A stretch of 64,000 bases of DNA, from the NCBI GenBank assembly GCA_030390025.1, contig JASTWF010000033.1, positions 1,986,001 to 2,050,000 of the forward strand, read 5' to 3'. The DNA is from Squalus acanthias (lineage: Eukaryota). The notes beneath the pieces were generated by a model that was not told the DNA's origin, did no database searches, and saw nothing but the letters and a program-made list of their open reading frames with translations. The position numbers and the translations under genes are program-made. Below, piece by piece: positions 22,375-35,900 of the stretch; the first letter of the stretch is position 1; every line of letters begins with the position of its first letter.

Positions 22375-25300
22375 TTGTCGGGAGCGACGAGACCGGAGGT
22401 GCTGTGAGGTGCTGTGAGTATTTGAACTCACTTTCGCGGGCTTTTCTTCACAGACTGTTGTCGGGAGCGACGAGACCGGAGGTGCTGTGAGTATTTGAAC
22501 TCACTTTCGCGGGCTTTTCTTCACAGGCTGTTGTCGGGAGCGACGAGACCGGAGGTGCTGTGAGGTGCCGTGAGTATTTGAACTCACTTTCGCGGGCTTT
22601 TCTTCACAGACTGTTGTCGGGAGCGACGAGACCGGAGGTGCTGTGAGGTGCTTGAGTATTTGAACTCACTTTCGCGGGCTTTTCTTCACAGGCTGTTGTC
22701 GGGAGCGACGAGACCGGAGGTGCTGTGAGGTGATGTGAGTATTTGAACTCACTTTCGCGGGCTTTTCTTCACAGGCTGTTGTCGGGAGCGACGAGACCGG
22801 AGGGGCTGTGAGGTGCTGTGAGAATTTGAACTCACTTTCGCGGGCTTTTCTTCACAGGCTGTTGTCGGGAGCGACGAGACCGGAGGCGCTGTGAGGTGCT
22901 GTGAGTATTTTAACTCACTTTCGCGGGCTTTTCTTCACAGGCTGTTGTCGGGAGCGACGAGACCGGAGGTGCTGTGAGGTTCTGTGAGTATTTGAACTCA
23001 CTTTCGCGGGCTTTTCTTCACAGGCTGTTGTCGGGAGCGACGAGACCGGAGGTGCTGTGAGGTGCTGTGAGTATTTGAACTCACTTTCGCGGGCTTTTCT
23101 TCACAGGCTGTTGTCGGGAGCGACGAGACCGGAGGCGCTGTGAGGTGCTGTGAGTATTTGAACTCACTTTCGCGGGCTTTTCTTCACAGACTGTTGTCGG
23201 GAGCGACGAGACCGGAGGCGCTGTGAGGTGCTGTGAGTATTTGAACTCACTTTCGCGGGCTTTTCTTCACAGGCTGTTGTCGGGAGCGACGAGACCGGAG
23301 GCGCTGTGAGGTGCTGTGAGTATTTGAACTCACTTTCGCGGGCTTTTCTTCACAGGCTGTTGTCGGGAGCGACGAGACCGGAGGCGCTGTGAGGTGCTGT
23401 GAGTATTTGAACTCACTTTCGCGGGCTTTTCTTCACAGACTGTTGTCGGGAGCGACGAGACCGGAGTAGCTGTGAGGTGCTGTGAGTATTTGAACTCACT
23501 TTTGCGGGCTTTTCTTCACAGGCTGTTGTCGGGAGCGACGAGACCGGAGGTGCTGTGAGGTGCTGTGAGTATTTGAACTCACTTTCGCGGGCTTTTCTTC
23601 ACAGGCTGTTGTCGGGAGCGACGAGACCGGAGGCGCTGTGAGGTGCTGTGAGTATTTGAACTCACTTTCGCGGGCTTTTCTTCACAGACTGTTGTCGGGA
23701 CCGACGATACCGGAGGTGCTGTGAGGTGCTGTGAGTATTTGAACTCACTTTCGCGGGCTTTTCTTCACAGGCCGTTGTCGGGAGCGACGAGACCGGAGGC
23801 GCTGTGAGGTGCTGTGAGTATTTGAACTCACTTTCTCGGGCTTTTCTTCACAGACTGTTGTCGGGAGCGACGAGACCGGAGGTGCTGTGAGGTGCTGTGA
23901 GTATTTGAACTCACTTTCGCGGGCTTTTCTTCACAGGCTGTTGAGGGGAGCGACGAGACCGGAGGTGCTGTGATGTGCTGTGAGTATTTGAACTCACTTT
24001 CGCGGGCTTTTCTTCACAGGCTGTTGTCGGGACCGACGAGACCGGAGGTGCTGTGAGGCCCTGTGAGTATTTGAACTCACTTTCGTGGGCTTTTCTTCAC
24101 AGGCTGTTGTCGGGAGCGACGAGACCGGAGGTGCTGTGAGTATTTGAACTCACATTCGCGGGCTTTTCTTCACAGGCTGTTGTCGGGAGCGACGAGACCG
24201 GAGGCGCTGTGAGGTGCTGTGAGTATTTGAACTCACTTTCGCGGGCTTTTCTTCACAGGCTGTTGTCGGGAGCGACGAGACCGGAGGTGCTGTGAGGTGC
24301 TGTGAGTATTTGAACTCACTTTCGCGGGCTTTTCTTCACAGGCTGTTGTCGGGAGTGACGAGACCGGAGGTGCTGTGAGGTGCTGTGAGTATTTGAACTC
24401 ACTTTCGCGGGCTTTTCTTCACAGGCTGTTGTCGGGAGCGACGAGACAGGAGGCGCTGTGAGGTGCTGTGAGTATTTGAACTCACTTTCGCGGGCTTTTC
24501 TTCACAGGCTGTTGTCGGGACCGACGAGACCGGAGGTGCTGTGAGGCGCTGTGAGTATTTGAACTCACTTTCGCGGGCTTTTCTTCACAGGCTGTTGTCG
24601 GGAGCGACGAGACCGGAGGCGCTGTGAGGTGCTGTGAGTATTTGAACTCACTTTCGCGGGCTTTTCTTCACAGACTGTTGTCGGGAGCGACGAGACCGGA
24701 GGTGCTGTGAGGTGCTGTGAGTATTTGAACTCAATTTCGCGGGCTTTTCTTCACAGGCTGTTGTCGGGAGCGACGAGACCGGAGGTGCTGTGAGGCGCTG
24801 TGAGTATTTGAACTCACTTTCGCGGGCTTTTCTTCACAGGCTGTTGTCGGGAGCGACGAGACCGGAGGTGCTGTGAGGTGCTGTGAGTATTTGAACTCAC
24901 TTTCGCGGGCTTTTCTTCACAGGCTGTTGTCGGGAGCGACGAGACCGGAGGCGCTGTGAGGTGCTGTGAGTATTTGAACTCACTTTCGCGGGCTTTTCTT
25001 CACAGGCTGCTGTCGGGAGCGACGAGACCGGAGGTGCTGTGAGGCGCTCTGAGTATTTGAACTCACTTTCGCGGGCTTTTCTTCACAGGCTGTTGTCGGG
25101 AGCGACGAGACCGGAGGTGCTGTGAGTATTTGAACTCACTTTCGCGGGCTTTTCTTCACAGGCTGTTGTCGGGAGCGACGAGACCGGAGGTGCTGTGAGG
25201 TGATGTGAGTATTTGAACTCACTTTCGCGGGCTTTTCTTCACAGGCTGTTGTCGGGAGCGACGAGACCGGAGGTGCTGCGAGGTGCTGTGAGAATTTGAA

Positions 25301-28300
25301 CTCACTTTCGCGGGCTTTTCTTCACAGGCTGTTGTCGGGAGCGACGAGACCGGAGGCGCTGTGAGGTGCTGTGAGTATTTTAACTCACTTTCGCGGGCTT
25401 TTCTTCACAGGCTGTTGTCGGGAGCGACGAGACCGGAGGCGCTGTGAGGTGCTGTGAGTATTTGAACTCACTTTCGCGGGCTTTTCTTCACAGGCTGTTG
25501 TCGGGAGCGACGAGACCGGAGGTGCTGTGAGGTGCTGTGAGTATTTGAACTCACTTTCGCGGGCTTTTCTTCACAGGCTGTTGTCGGGAGCGACGAGACC
25601 GGAGGCGCTGTGAGGTGCTGTGAGTATTTGAACTCACTTTCGCGGGCTTTTCTTCACAGACTGTTGTCGGGAGCGACGAGACCGGAGGAGCTGTGAGGTG
25701 CTGTGAGTATTTGAACTCACTTTCGCGGGCTTTTCTTCACAGGCTGTTGTCGGGAGCGACGAGACCGGAGGTGCTGTGAGGTGCTGTGAGTATTTGAACT
25801 CACTTTCGCGGGCTTTTCTTCACAGGCTGTTGTCGGGAGCGACGAGACCGGAGGCGCTGTGAGGTGCTGTGAGTATTTGAACTCACTTTCGCGGGCTTTT
25901 CTTCACAGGCTGTTGTCGGGAGCGACGAGACCGGAGGCGCTGTGAGGTGCTGTGAGTATTTGAACTCACTTTCGCGGGCTTTTCTTCACAGACTGTTGTC
26001 GGGAGCGACGAGACCGGAGGAGCTGTGAGGTGCTGTGAGTATTTGAACTCACTTTCGCGGGCTTTTCTTCACAGGCTGTTGTCGGGAGCGACGAGACCGG
26101 AGGTGCTGTGAGGTGCTGTGAGTATTTGAACTCACTTTCGCGGGCTTTTCTTCACAGGCTGTTGTCGGGAGCGACGAGACCGGAGGCGCTGTGAGGTGCT
26201 GTGAGTATTTGAACTCACTTTCGCGGGCTTTTCTTCACAGACTGTTGTCGGGACCGACGAGACCGGAGGTGCTGTGAGGTGCTGTGAGTATTTGAACTCA
26301 CTTTCGCGGGCTTTTCTTCACAGGCCGTTGTCGGGAGCGACGAGACCGGAGGCGCTGTGAGGTGCTGTGAGTATTTGAACTCACTTTCTCGGGCTTTTCT
26401 TCACAGACTGTTGTCGGGAGCGACGAGACCGGAGGTGCTGTGAGGTGCTGTGAGTATTTGAACTCACTTTTGCGGGCTTTTCTTCACAGACTGTTGTCGG
26501 GACTGACGAGACCGGAGGCGCTGTGAGGTGCTGTGAGTATTTGAACTCACTTTCGCGGGCTTTTCTTCACAGGCTGTTGAGGGGAGCGACGAGACCGGAG
26601 GTGCTGTGATGTGCTGTGAGTATTTGAACTCACTTTCGCGGGCTTTTCTTCACAGGCTGTTGTCGGGACCGACGAGACCGGAGGTGCTGTGAGGCCCTGT
26701 GAGTATTTGAACTCACTTTCGTGGGCTTTTCTTCACAGGCTGTTGTCGGGAGCGACGAGACCGGAGGTGCTGTGAGTATTTGAACTCACATTCGCGGGCT
26801 TTTCTTCACAGGCTGTTGTCGGGAGCGACGAGACCGGAGGCGCTGTGAGGTGCTGTGAGTATTTGAACTCACTTTCGCGGGCTTTTCTTCACAGGCTGTT
26901 GTCGGGAGCGACGAGACCGGAGGTGCTGTGAGGTGCTGTGAGTATTTGAACTCACTTTCGCGGGCTTTTCTTCACAGGCTGTTGTCGGGAGCGACGAGAC
27001 CGGAGGTGCTGTGAGGTGCTGTGAGTATTTGAACTCACTTTCGCGGGCTTTTCTTCACAGGCTGTTGTCGGGAGCGACGAGACAGGAGGCGCTGTGAGGT
27101 GCTGTGAGTATTTGAACTCACTTTCGCGGGCTTTTCTTCACAGGCTGTTGTCGGGACCGACGAGACCGGAGGTGCTGTGAGGCGCTGTGAGTATTTGAAC
27201 TCACTTTCGCGGGCTTTTCTTCACAGGCTGTTGTCGGGAGCGACGAGACCGGAGGCGCTGTGAGGTGCTGTGAGTATTTGAACTCACTTTCGCGGGCTTT
27301 TCTTCACAGACTGTTGTCGGGAGCGACGAGACCGGAGGTGCTGTGAGGTGCTGTGAGTATTTGAACTCACTTTCGCGGGCTTTTCTTCACAGGCTGTTGT
27401 CGGGAGCGACGAGACAGGAGGCGCTGTGAGGTGCTGTGAGTATTTGAAATCACTTTCGCGGGCTTTTCTTCACAGACTGTTGTCGGGACCGACGAGACCG
27501 GAGGTGCTGTGCGTATTTGAACTCACTTTCGCGGGCTTTTCTTCACAGGCTGTTGTCGGGAGCGACGAGACCGGAGGCGCTGTGAGGTGCTGTGAGTATT
27601 TGAACTCACTTTCGCGGGCTTTTCTTCACAGGCTGCTGTCGGGAGCGACGAGACCGGAGGTGCTGTGAGGCGCTCTGAGTATTTGAACTCACTTTCGCGG
27701 GCTTTTCTTCACAGGCTGTTGTCGGGAGCGACGAGACCGGAGGTGCTGTGAGTATTTGAACTCACATTCGCGGGCTTTTCTTCACAGGCTGTTGTCGGGA
27801 GCGACGAGACCGGAGGCGCTGTGAGGTGCTGTGAGTATTTGAACTCACTTTCGCGGGCTTTTCTTCACAGACTGTTGTCGGGACCGACGAGACCGGAGGC
27901 GCTGTGAGGTGCTGTGAGTATTTGAACTCACTTTCGCGGGCTTTTCTTCACAGACTGTTGTCGGGAGCGACGAGACCGAAGGTGCTGTGAGGTGCTGTGA
28001 GTATTTGAACTCACTTTCGCGGGCTTTTCTTCACAGGCTGTTGTCGGGAGCGACGAGACCGGAGGCGCTGTGAGGTGCTGTGAGTATTTGAAATCACTTT
28101 CGCGGGCTTTTCTTCACAGACTGTTGTCGGGACCGACGAGACCGGAGGTGCTGTGAGGTGCTGTGAGTATTTGAACTCACTTTCGCGGGCTTTTCTTCAC
28201 AGGCTGTTGTCGGGAGCGACGAGACCGGAGGCGCTGTGAGGTGCTGTGAGTATTTGAACTCACTTTCGCGGGCTTTTCTTCACAGACTGTTGTCGGGACC

Positions 28301-31300
28301 GACGAGACCGGAGGCGCTGTGAGGTGCTGTGAGTATTTGAACTCACTTTCGCGGGCTTTTCTTCACAGACTGTTGTCGGGACCGACGATACCGGAGGTGC
28401 TGTGAGGTGCTGTGAGTATTTGAACTCACTTTCGCGGGCTTTTCTTCACAGGCCGTTGTCGGGAGCGACGAGACCGGAGGCGCTGTGCGGTGCTGTGAGT
28501 ATTTGAACTCACTTTCGCGGGCTTTTCTTCACAGACTGTTGTCGGGAGCGACGAGACCGGAGGTGCTGTGAGGTGCTGTGAGTATTTGAACTCACTTTCG
28601 CGGGCATTTCTTCACAGGCTGTTGAGGGGAGCGACGAGACCGGAGGTGCTGTGATGTGCTGTGAGTATTTGAACTCACTTTCGCGGGCATTTCTTCACAG
28701 GCTGTTGAGGGGAGCGACGAGACCGGAGGTGCTGTGATGTGCTGTGAGTATTTGAACTCACTTTCGCGGGCATTTCTTCACAGGCTGTTGAGGGGAGCGA
28801 CGAGACCGGAGGTGCTGTGATGTGCTGTGAGTATTTGAACTCACTTTCGCGGGCTTTTCTTCACAGGCTGTTGTCGGGACCGACGAGACCGGAGGTGCTG
28901 TGAGGCCCTGTGAGTATTTGAACTCACTTTCGTGGGCTTTTCTTCACAGGCTGTTGTCGGGAGCGACGAGACCGGAGGTGCTGTGAGTATTTGAACTCAC
29001 ATTCGCGGGCTTTTCTTCACAGGCTGTTGTCGGGAGCGACGAGACCGGAGGCGCTCTGAGGTGCTGTGAGTATTTGAACTCACTTTCGCGGGCTTTTCTT
29101 CACAGACTGTTGTCGGGAGCGACGAGACCGGAGGCGCTGTGAGGTGCTGTGAGTATTTGAACTCACTTTCGCGGGCTTTTCTTCACAGACTGTTGTCGGG
29201 AGCGACGAGACCGGAGGCGCTGTGAGGTGCTGTGAGTATTTGAACTCACTTTCGCGGGCTTTTCTTCACAGGCTGTTGTCGGGAGCGACGAGACCGAAGG
29301 TGCTGTGAGGTGCTGTGAGTATTTGAACTCACTTTCGCGGGCTTTTCTTCACAGGCTGTTGTCGGGAGCGACGAGACCGGAGGCGCTGTGAGGTGCTGTG
29401 AGTATTTGAACTCACTTTCGCGGGCTTTTCTTCACAGGCTGTTGTCGGGAGCGACGAGACCGGAGGCGCTGTGAGGTGCTGTGAGTATTTGAACTCACTT
29501 TCGCGGGCTTTTCTTCACAGGCTGTTGTCGGGAGCGACGAGACCGGAGGCGCTGTGAGGTGCTGTGAGTATTTGAACTCACTTTCGCGGGCTTTTCTTCA
29601 CAGACTGTTGTCGGGAGCGACGAGACCGGAGGTGCTGTGAGGTGCTGTGAGTATTTGAACTCACTTTCGCGGGCTTTTCTTCACAGACTGTTGTCGGGAG
29701 CGACGAGACCGGAGGCGCTGTGAGGTGCTGTGAGTATTTGAACTCACTTTCGCGGGCTTTTCTTCACAGACTGTTGTCGGGAGCGACGAGACCGAAGGTG
29801 CTGTGAGGTGCTGTGAGTATTTGAACTCACTTTCGCGGGCTTTTCTTCACAGACTGTTGTCGGGAGCGACGAGACCGGAGGTGCTGTGAGGTGCTGTGAG
29901 TATTTGAACTCACTTTCGCGGGCTTTTCTTCACATACTGTTGTCGGGAGCGACGAGACCGGAGGCGCTGTGAGGTGCTGTGAGTATTTGAAATCACTTTC
30001 GCGGGCTTTTCTTCACAGACTGTTGTCGGGACCGATGAGACCGGAGGTGCTGTGAGGTGCTGTGAGTATTTGAACTCACTTTCGCGGGCTTTTCTTCACA
30101 GGCTGTTGTCGGGAGCGACGAGACCGGAGGCGCTGTGAGGTGCTGTGAGTATTTGAACTCACTTTCGCGGGCTTTTCTTCACAGACTGTTGTCGGGAGCG
30201 ACGAGACCGGAGGTGCTGTGAGTATTTGAACTCACATTCGCGGGCTTTTCTTCACAGGCTGTTGTCGGGAGCGACGAGACCGGAGGCGCTGTGAGGTGCT
30301 GTGAGTATTTGAACTCACTTTCGCGGGCTTTTCTTCACAGGCTGTTGTCGGGAGCGACGAGACCGGAGGCGCTGTGAGGTGCTGTGAGTATTTGAACTCA
30401 CTTTCGCGGGCTTTTCTTCACAGACTGTTGTCGGGAGCGACGAGACCGAAGGTGCTGTGAGGTGCTGTGAGTATTTGAACTCACTTTCGCGGGCTTTTCT
30501 TCACAGACTGTTGTCGGGAGCGACGAGACCGAGGTGCTGTGAGGTGCTGTGAGTATTTGAACTCACTTTCGCGGGCTTTTCTTCACAGGCTGTTGTCGGG
30601 AGCGACGAGACCGGAGGCGCTGTGAGGTGCTGTGAGTATTTGAACTCACTTTCGCGGGCTTTTCTTCACAGACTGTTGTCGGGAGCGACGAGACCGGAGG
30701 TGCTGTGAGGTGCTGTGAGTATTTGAACTCACTTTCGCGGGCTTTTCTTCACAGGCTGTTGTCGGGAGCGACGAGACCGGAGGTGCTGTGAGGTGCTGTG
30801 AGTATTTGAACTCACTTTCGCGGGCTTTTCTTCACAGGCTGTTGTCGGGAGCGACGAGACCGGAGGCGCTGTGAGGTGCTGTGTGTATTTGAACTCACTT
30901 TCGCGGGCTTTTCTTCAGAGACTGTTGTCGGGAGCGACGAGACCGGAGGAGCTGTGAGGTGCTGTGAGTATTTGAACTCACTTTCGCGGGCTTTTCTTCA
31001 CAGACTGTTGTCGGGAGCGACGAGACCGGAGGTGCTGTGAGGTGCTGTGAGTATTTGAACTCACTTTCGCGGGCTTTTCTTCACAGGCTGTAGTCGGGAG
31101 CGACGAGACCGGAGGTGCTGTGAGTATTTGAACTCACTTTCGCGGGCTTTTCTTCACAGGCTGTTGTCGGGAGCGACGAGACCGGAGGCGCTGTGAGGTG
31201 CTGTGAGTATTTGAACTCACTTTCGCGGGCTTTTCTTCACAGACTGTTGTCGGGAGCGACGAGACCGGAGGCGCTGTGAGGTGCTGTGAGTATTTGAACT

Positions 31301-32944
31301 CACTTTCGCGGGCTTTTCTTCACAGGCTGTTGTCGGGAGCGACGAGACCGGAGGTGCTGTGAGGTGCTGTGAGTATTTGAACTCACTTTCGCGGGCTTTT
31401 CTTCACAGACTGTTGTCGGGAGCGACGAGACCGAGGTGCTGTGAGGTGCTGTGAGTATTTGAACTCACTTTCGCGGGCTTTTCTTCACAGGCTGTTGTCG
31501 GGAGCGACGAGACCGGAGGCGCTGTGAGGTGCTGTGAGTATTTGAACTCACTTTCGCGGGCTTTTCTTCACAGGCTGTTGTCGGGAGCGACGAGACCGGA
31601 GGTGCTGTGAGGTGCTGTGAGTATTTGAACTCACTTTCGCGGGCTTTTCTTCACAGACTGTTGTCGGGAGCGACGAGACCGGAGGTGCTGTGAGGTGCTG
31701 TGAGTATTTGAACTCACTTTCGCGGGCTTTTCTTCACAGGCTGTTGTCGGGAGCGACGAGACCGGAGGCGCTGTGAGGTGCTGTGAGTATTTGAACTCAC
31801 TTTCGCGGGCTTTTCTTCACAGACTGTTGTCGGGACCGACGAGACCGGAGGTGCTGTGAGGTGCTGTGTGTATTTGAACTCACATTCGCGGGCTTTTCTT
31901 CACAGGCTGTTGTCGGGACCGACGAGACCGGAGGTGCTGTGAGGTGCTGTGAGTATTTGAACTCACTTTCGCGGGCTTTTCTTCACAGACTGTTGTCGGG
32001 AGCGACGAGACCGGAGGTGCTGTGAGTATTTGAACTCACATTCGCGGGCTTTTCTTCACAGAATGTTGTCGGGAGCGACGAGACCGGAGGTGCTGTGAGG
32101 TGCTGTGTGTATTTGAACTCACTTTCGCGAGCTTTTCTTCACAGACTGTTGTCGGGACCGACGAGACCGGAGGCGCTGTGAGGTGCTGTGAGTATTTGAA
32201 CTCACTTTCGCGGGCTTTTCTTCACAGACTGTTGTCGGGACCGACGAGACCGGCGGTGCTGTGAGGTGCTGTGAGTATTTGAACTCACTTTCGCGGGCTT
32301 TTCTTCACAGGCTGTTGTCGGGAATTTCTTCACAGAATGTTGTCGGGAGCGACGAGACCGGAGGTGCTGTGAGGTGCTGTGAGTATTTGAACTCACTTTC
32401 GCGGGCTTTTCTTCACAGACTGTTGTCGGGACCGACGAGACCGGAGGTGCTGTGAGGTGCTGTGAGTATTTGAACTCACTTTCGCGGGCTTTTCTTCACA
32501 GGCTGTTGTCGGGAGCGACGAGACCGGAGGTGCTGTGAGGTGCTGTGAGTATTTGAACTCACTTTCGCGGGCTTTTCTTCACAGACTGTTGTCGGGACCG
32601 ACGAGACCGGAGGAGCTGTGAGGTGCTGTGAGTATTTGAACTCACTTTCGCGGGCTTTTCTTCACAGACTGTTGTCGGGAGCGACGAGACCGGAGGTGCT
32701 GTGAGGTGCTGTGAGTATTTGAACTCACTTTCGCGGGCTTTTCTTCACAGACTGTTGTCGGGACCGACGAGACCGGAGGCGCTGTGAGGTGCTGTGAGTA
32801 TTTGAACTCACTTTCGCGGGTTTTTCTTCACAGACTGTTGTCGGGACCGACGAGACCGGAGGTGCTGTGAGGTGCTGTGAGTATTTGAACTCACTTTCGC
32901 GGTCTTTTCTTCACAGACTGTTGTCGGGAGCGACGAGACCGGAA
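22372..32944 (+). repeat. 83-bp CpG-rich tandem array (~10.6 kb, roughly 125-130 units, some 73-bp variants)
   Basis: Unit ctgttgtcgggagcgacgagaccggaggtgctgtgaggtgctgtgagtatttgaactcactttcgcgggcttttcttcacagg. Period 83 (22528 to 22611). Very homogeneous. Confidence 0.98.
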
Positions 32945-32988
32945 GCGGACCAGGTGGGAAGCACCCAGGTGAACGGCATTTAAGGAGG

Positions 32989-35900
32989 GTGGAAATAGAG
33001 GTTAATAATTATGATCTAATTGGGATTACGGAAACATGGTTGCAGGGTGAGCAGGGCTGGGAGCTTAACATACAGGGGTATTCAGTATTTAGGAAGGATC
33101 GACAAAAAAGAAAGGGAGGAGGGGTAGCATTGCTGGTAAAAGAGGGGATAAATGCAATTGAAAGGAAGGATATTAACTCAGTTAATACAGAATCTATATG
33201 GGTGGAGCTAAGAAATAGCGAGGGGCGAAAAACATTAATAGGAGTGGTATATAGGCCTCCAAATAGTAAAATAGAGGTTGGGGAGGGCATCACGAGGGAA
33301 ATTAGAGAAGCGTGCAAGAAGAGCACAGCTGTCATCATAGGTGACTTTAACTTACATATAGATTGGATTAGCCTAATCAGTAAAAATAATGAGGAGGAGG
33401 AATTCCTTGAGTGTTTAAGGGATGGTTATCTGGATCAATATGTCGAGGAACCAACTCGGGAACAGGCTATATTGGACTGGGTACTGTGCAATGAGAAGGG
33501 ACTAATTAGTAATCTTGTTGTACGGGGACCCTTGGGTCAGAGCGATCATAACATGATCGATTTCTCACTCGAAATGGAGAGCGAAGAAATTGACTCAGAG
33601 ACTAAGGTCCTGAATTTAAACAAGGGGAATTATAGAAACATAGAAACATAGAAAATAGGTACAGGAGTAGACCATTCGGTCCTTCGAGCCTGCACCGCCA
33701 TTCAATGCGTTCATGGCTGAACATGCTACCTCAGTACCCCATTCCTGCTTTCTCGCCATCCCCCTTGATCCCCCTAGTTGTGAGTGTTATATCTAACTCC
33801 CTTTTGAATATATTTAGCGAACTGGCCTCAACAACCTTCTGTGGAAGAGAATTCCATAGATTCACCACTCTCTGGGTGAAGAAGTTCCTCCTCAGCTCAG
33901 TCTTAAATGGCTTCCCCTTAATCCTTAGACTGTGACCCCTGGTTGTAGTTTTCCCTAACATTGGGAACATTCTGCCCGCATCTAATTTGTCTAAACCAGT
34001 CAGGATTTTAAATGTCTCTATAAGATCCCCCCTCATTCTTCTGAACTCCAGAGGATACAAGTTCAGTTGACCCAATCTTTCTTGATATGTCAGTCCGGCC
34101 ATCCCAGGAATCAATCTAGTGAACCTTCGCTGCACTCCCTCAATAGCAAGAATGTCCTTCCTTAAGTTAGGAGACCAAAACTGCGCACAATACTCCAGGT
34201 GTGGCCTCACCAAGGCCCTGTACAACTGCAGCATCACCTCCCTACTCCTGTACTCAAATCCCCTTGCTATGAAGGCCATCATTCCGTTTGCTTTCTTGAC
34301 TGCCTGCTGCACTTGCATTTCCACCTTCAGTGACTGATGTACCATGACGCCCAGGTCACGTTGCACCTCCCCTTTCCCTAATCTGCGACCATTCAGGTAA
34401 TAGTCCGCCTCTCTATTTTTACCACCAAAGTGGATAACCTCACATTTATCCACATTGTACTTCATCTGCCATACATTTGCCCATTCACCCAACCTGTCCA
34501 AGTCACTCTGTAGCCTCCTAGCATCCTCCTCATTGTTCACACTGCCTCCCAATTTAGTGTCATTATGATGCCATTAGACGGGAACTGAGTAGGTCTGATT
34601 GGACAACGTTCCTGGGAGGACTGGAGGTAGATAAACAATGGCAAGCATTTAAAGATAGAATGACAAAATTGCAAAAATTGTTTATACCAATCTGGCATAA
34701 AAGGAAATCTAAAAAGGTGACTCAACCGTGGATAACAGGGGAAATTAGAGACAGCATAAAATCCAAAGATAGGGCGTATAAAATAGCCAAAAAAAGCGCC
34801 AGAGCGGAAGATTGGGAACAGTTTAAGATAGAGCAAAGGAGGACAAAGGGCTTAATCAAGAGGGGCAAAATAGCTTACGAAAGCAAGCTGGCGGAAAATA
34901 TAAAAACTAACTCCAAAAGCTTTTATAAGTATATCAAGAGGAAAAGACTGGTGAAAACCAAAGTTGGTCCATTGCAGTCAGATACGGGGGAATATATAAC
35001 GGGAAATGAGGAAATGGCAGACCAACTAAATGCATACTTTGGGTCAGTCTTTACGAAGGAAGACACAAAAAACCTCCCTGGGATATCGGGAAAAATAGGG
35101 ACATTGGCAAAGGAGGAACTGACGCAAATCAATATCTCTAAGGATATGGTGTTAAGGAAGCTAAAGGGATTGAAGGCGGACAAATCCCCAGGGCCTGATA
35201 ACATGCATCCTAGGGTACTGAAGGAGGTGGCCCTAGAGATAGCGGATGCACTAAGTATGATTTTTCAGAATTCATTAGACTCGGGAACAGTGCCCATGGA
35301 TTGGAGGGTAGCTAACGTTACCCCACTATTCAAAAAGGGGGGTAGGGAAAAAGCAGGTAATTACAGACCTGTAAGCCTTACATCAGTTGTGGGCAAAATG
35401 CTGGAGTCCATCATTAAGGATGAAATAGCGGAGCACTTAGCAAATGGGGACAGGATAGGACAGAGTCAACATGGATTTACAAAGGGTAAATCGTGCTTGA
35501 CTAATCTATTGGAATTTTTTGAGGGAGTAACTGGTAAAATAGATGGGGGAGAGCCAGTAGATGTGGTGTACCTGGACTTCCAAAAGGCCTTCGACAAGGT
35601 CCCACATAAAAGATTAGCATGGAAAATTGAAGCTCATGGGATAAAGGGGAACGTATTGACGTGGATAGAGAACTGGCTGTCAGATAGAAAACAGAGAGTT
35701 GGAATAAACGGCTCATTTTCTGAATGGCAGGCAGTAACAAGTAGGGTACCGCAGGGATCTGTCCTGGGTCCCCAGCTGTTCACAATTTACATTAATGACC
35801 TGGATCAGGGAGTCGGATGCAGCATTTCCAAATTTGCAGACGACACTAAACTAGGAGGCGGGGTGGGCTCAGAGGAGGAGACCAGGAAGCTCCAGAGCGA

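Noticed and set aside
27426..32455. Short ORFs MRCCEYL.. within the satellite
   Set aside because: Chance open frames created by single-base variants in the repeat.
22372..32944. CRISPR-like array
   Set aside because: Units are contiguous near-identical repeats with no unique spacers, no cas genes, and a vertebrate context.
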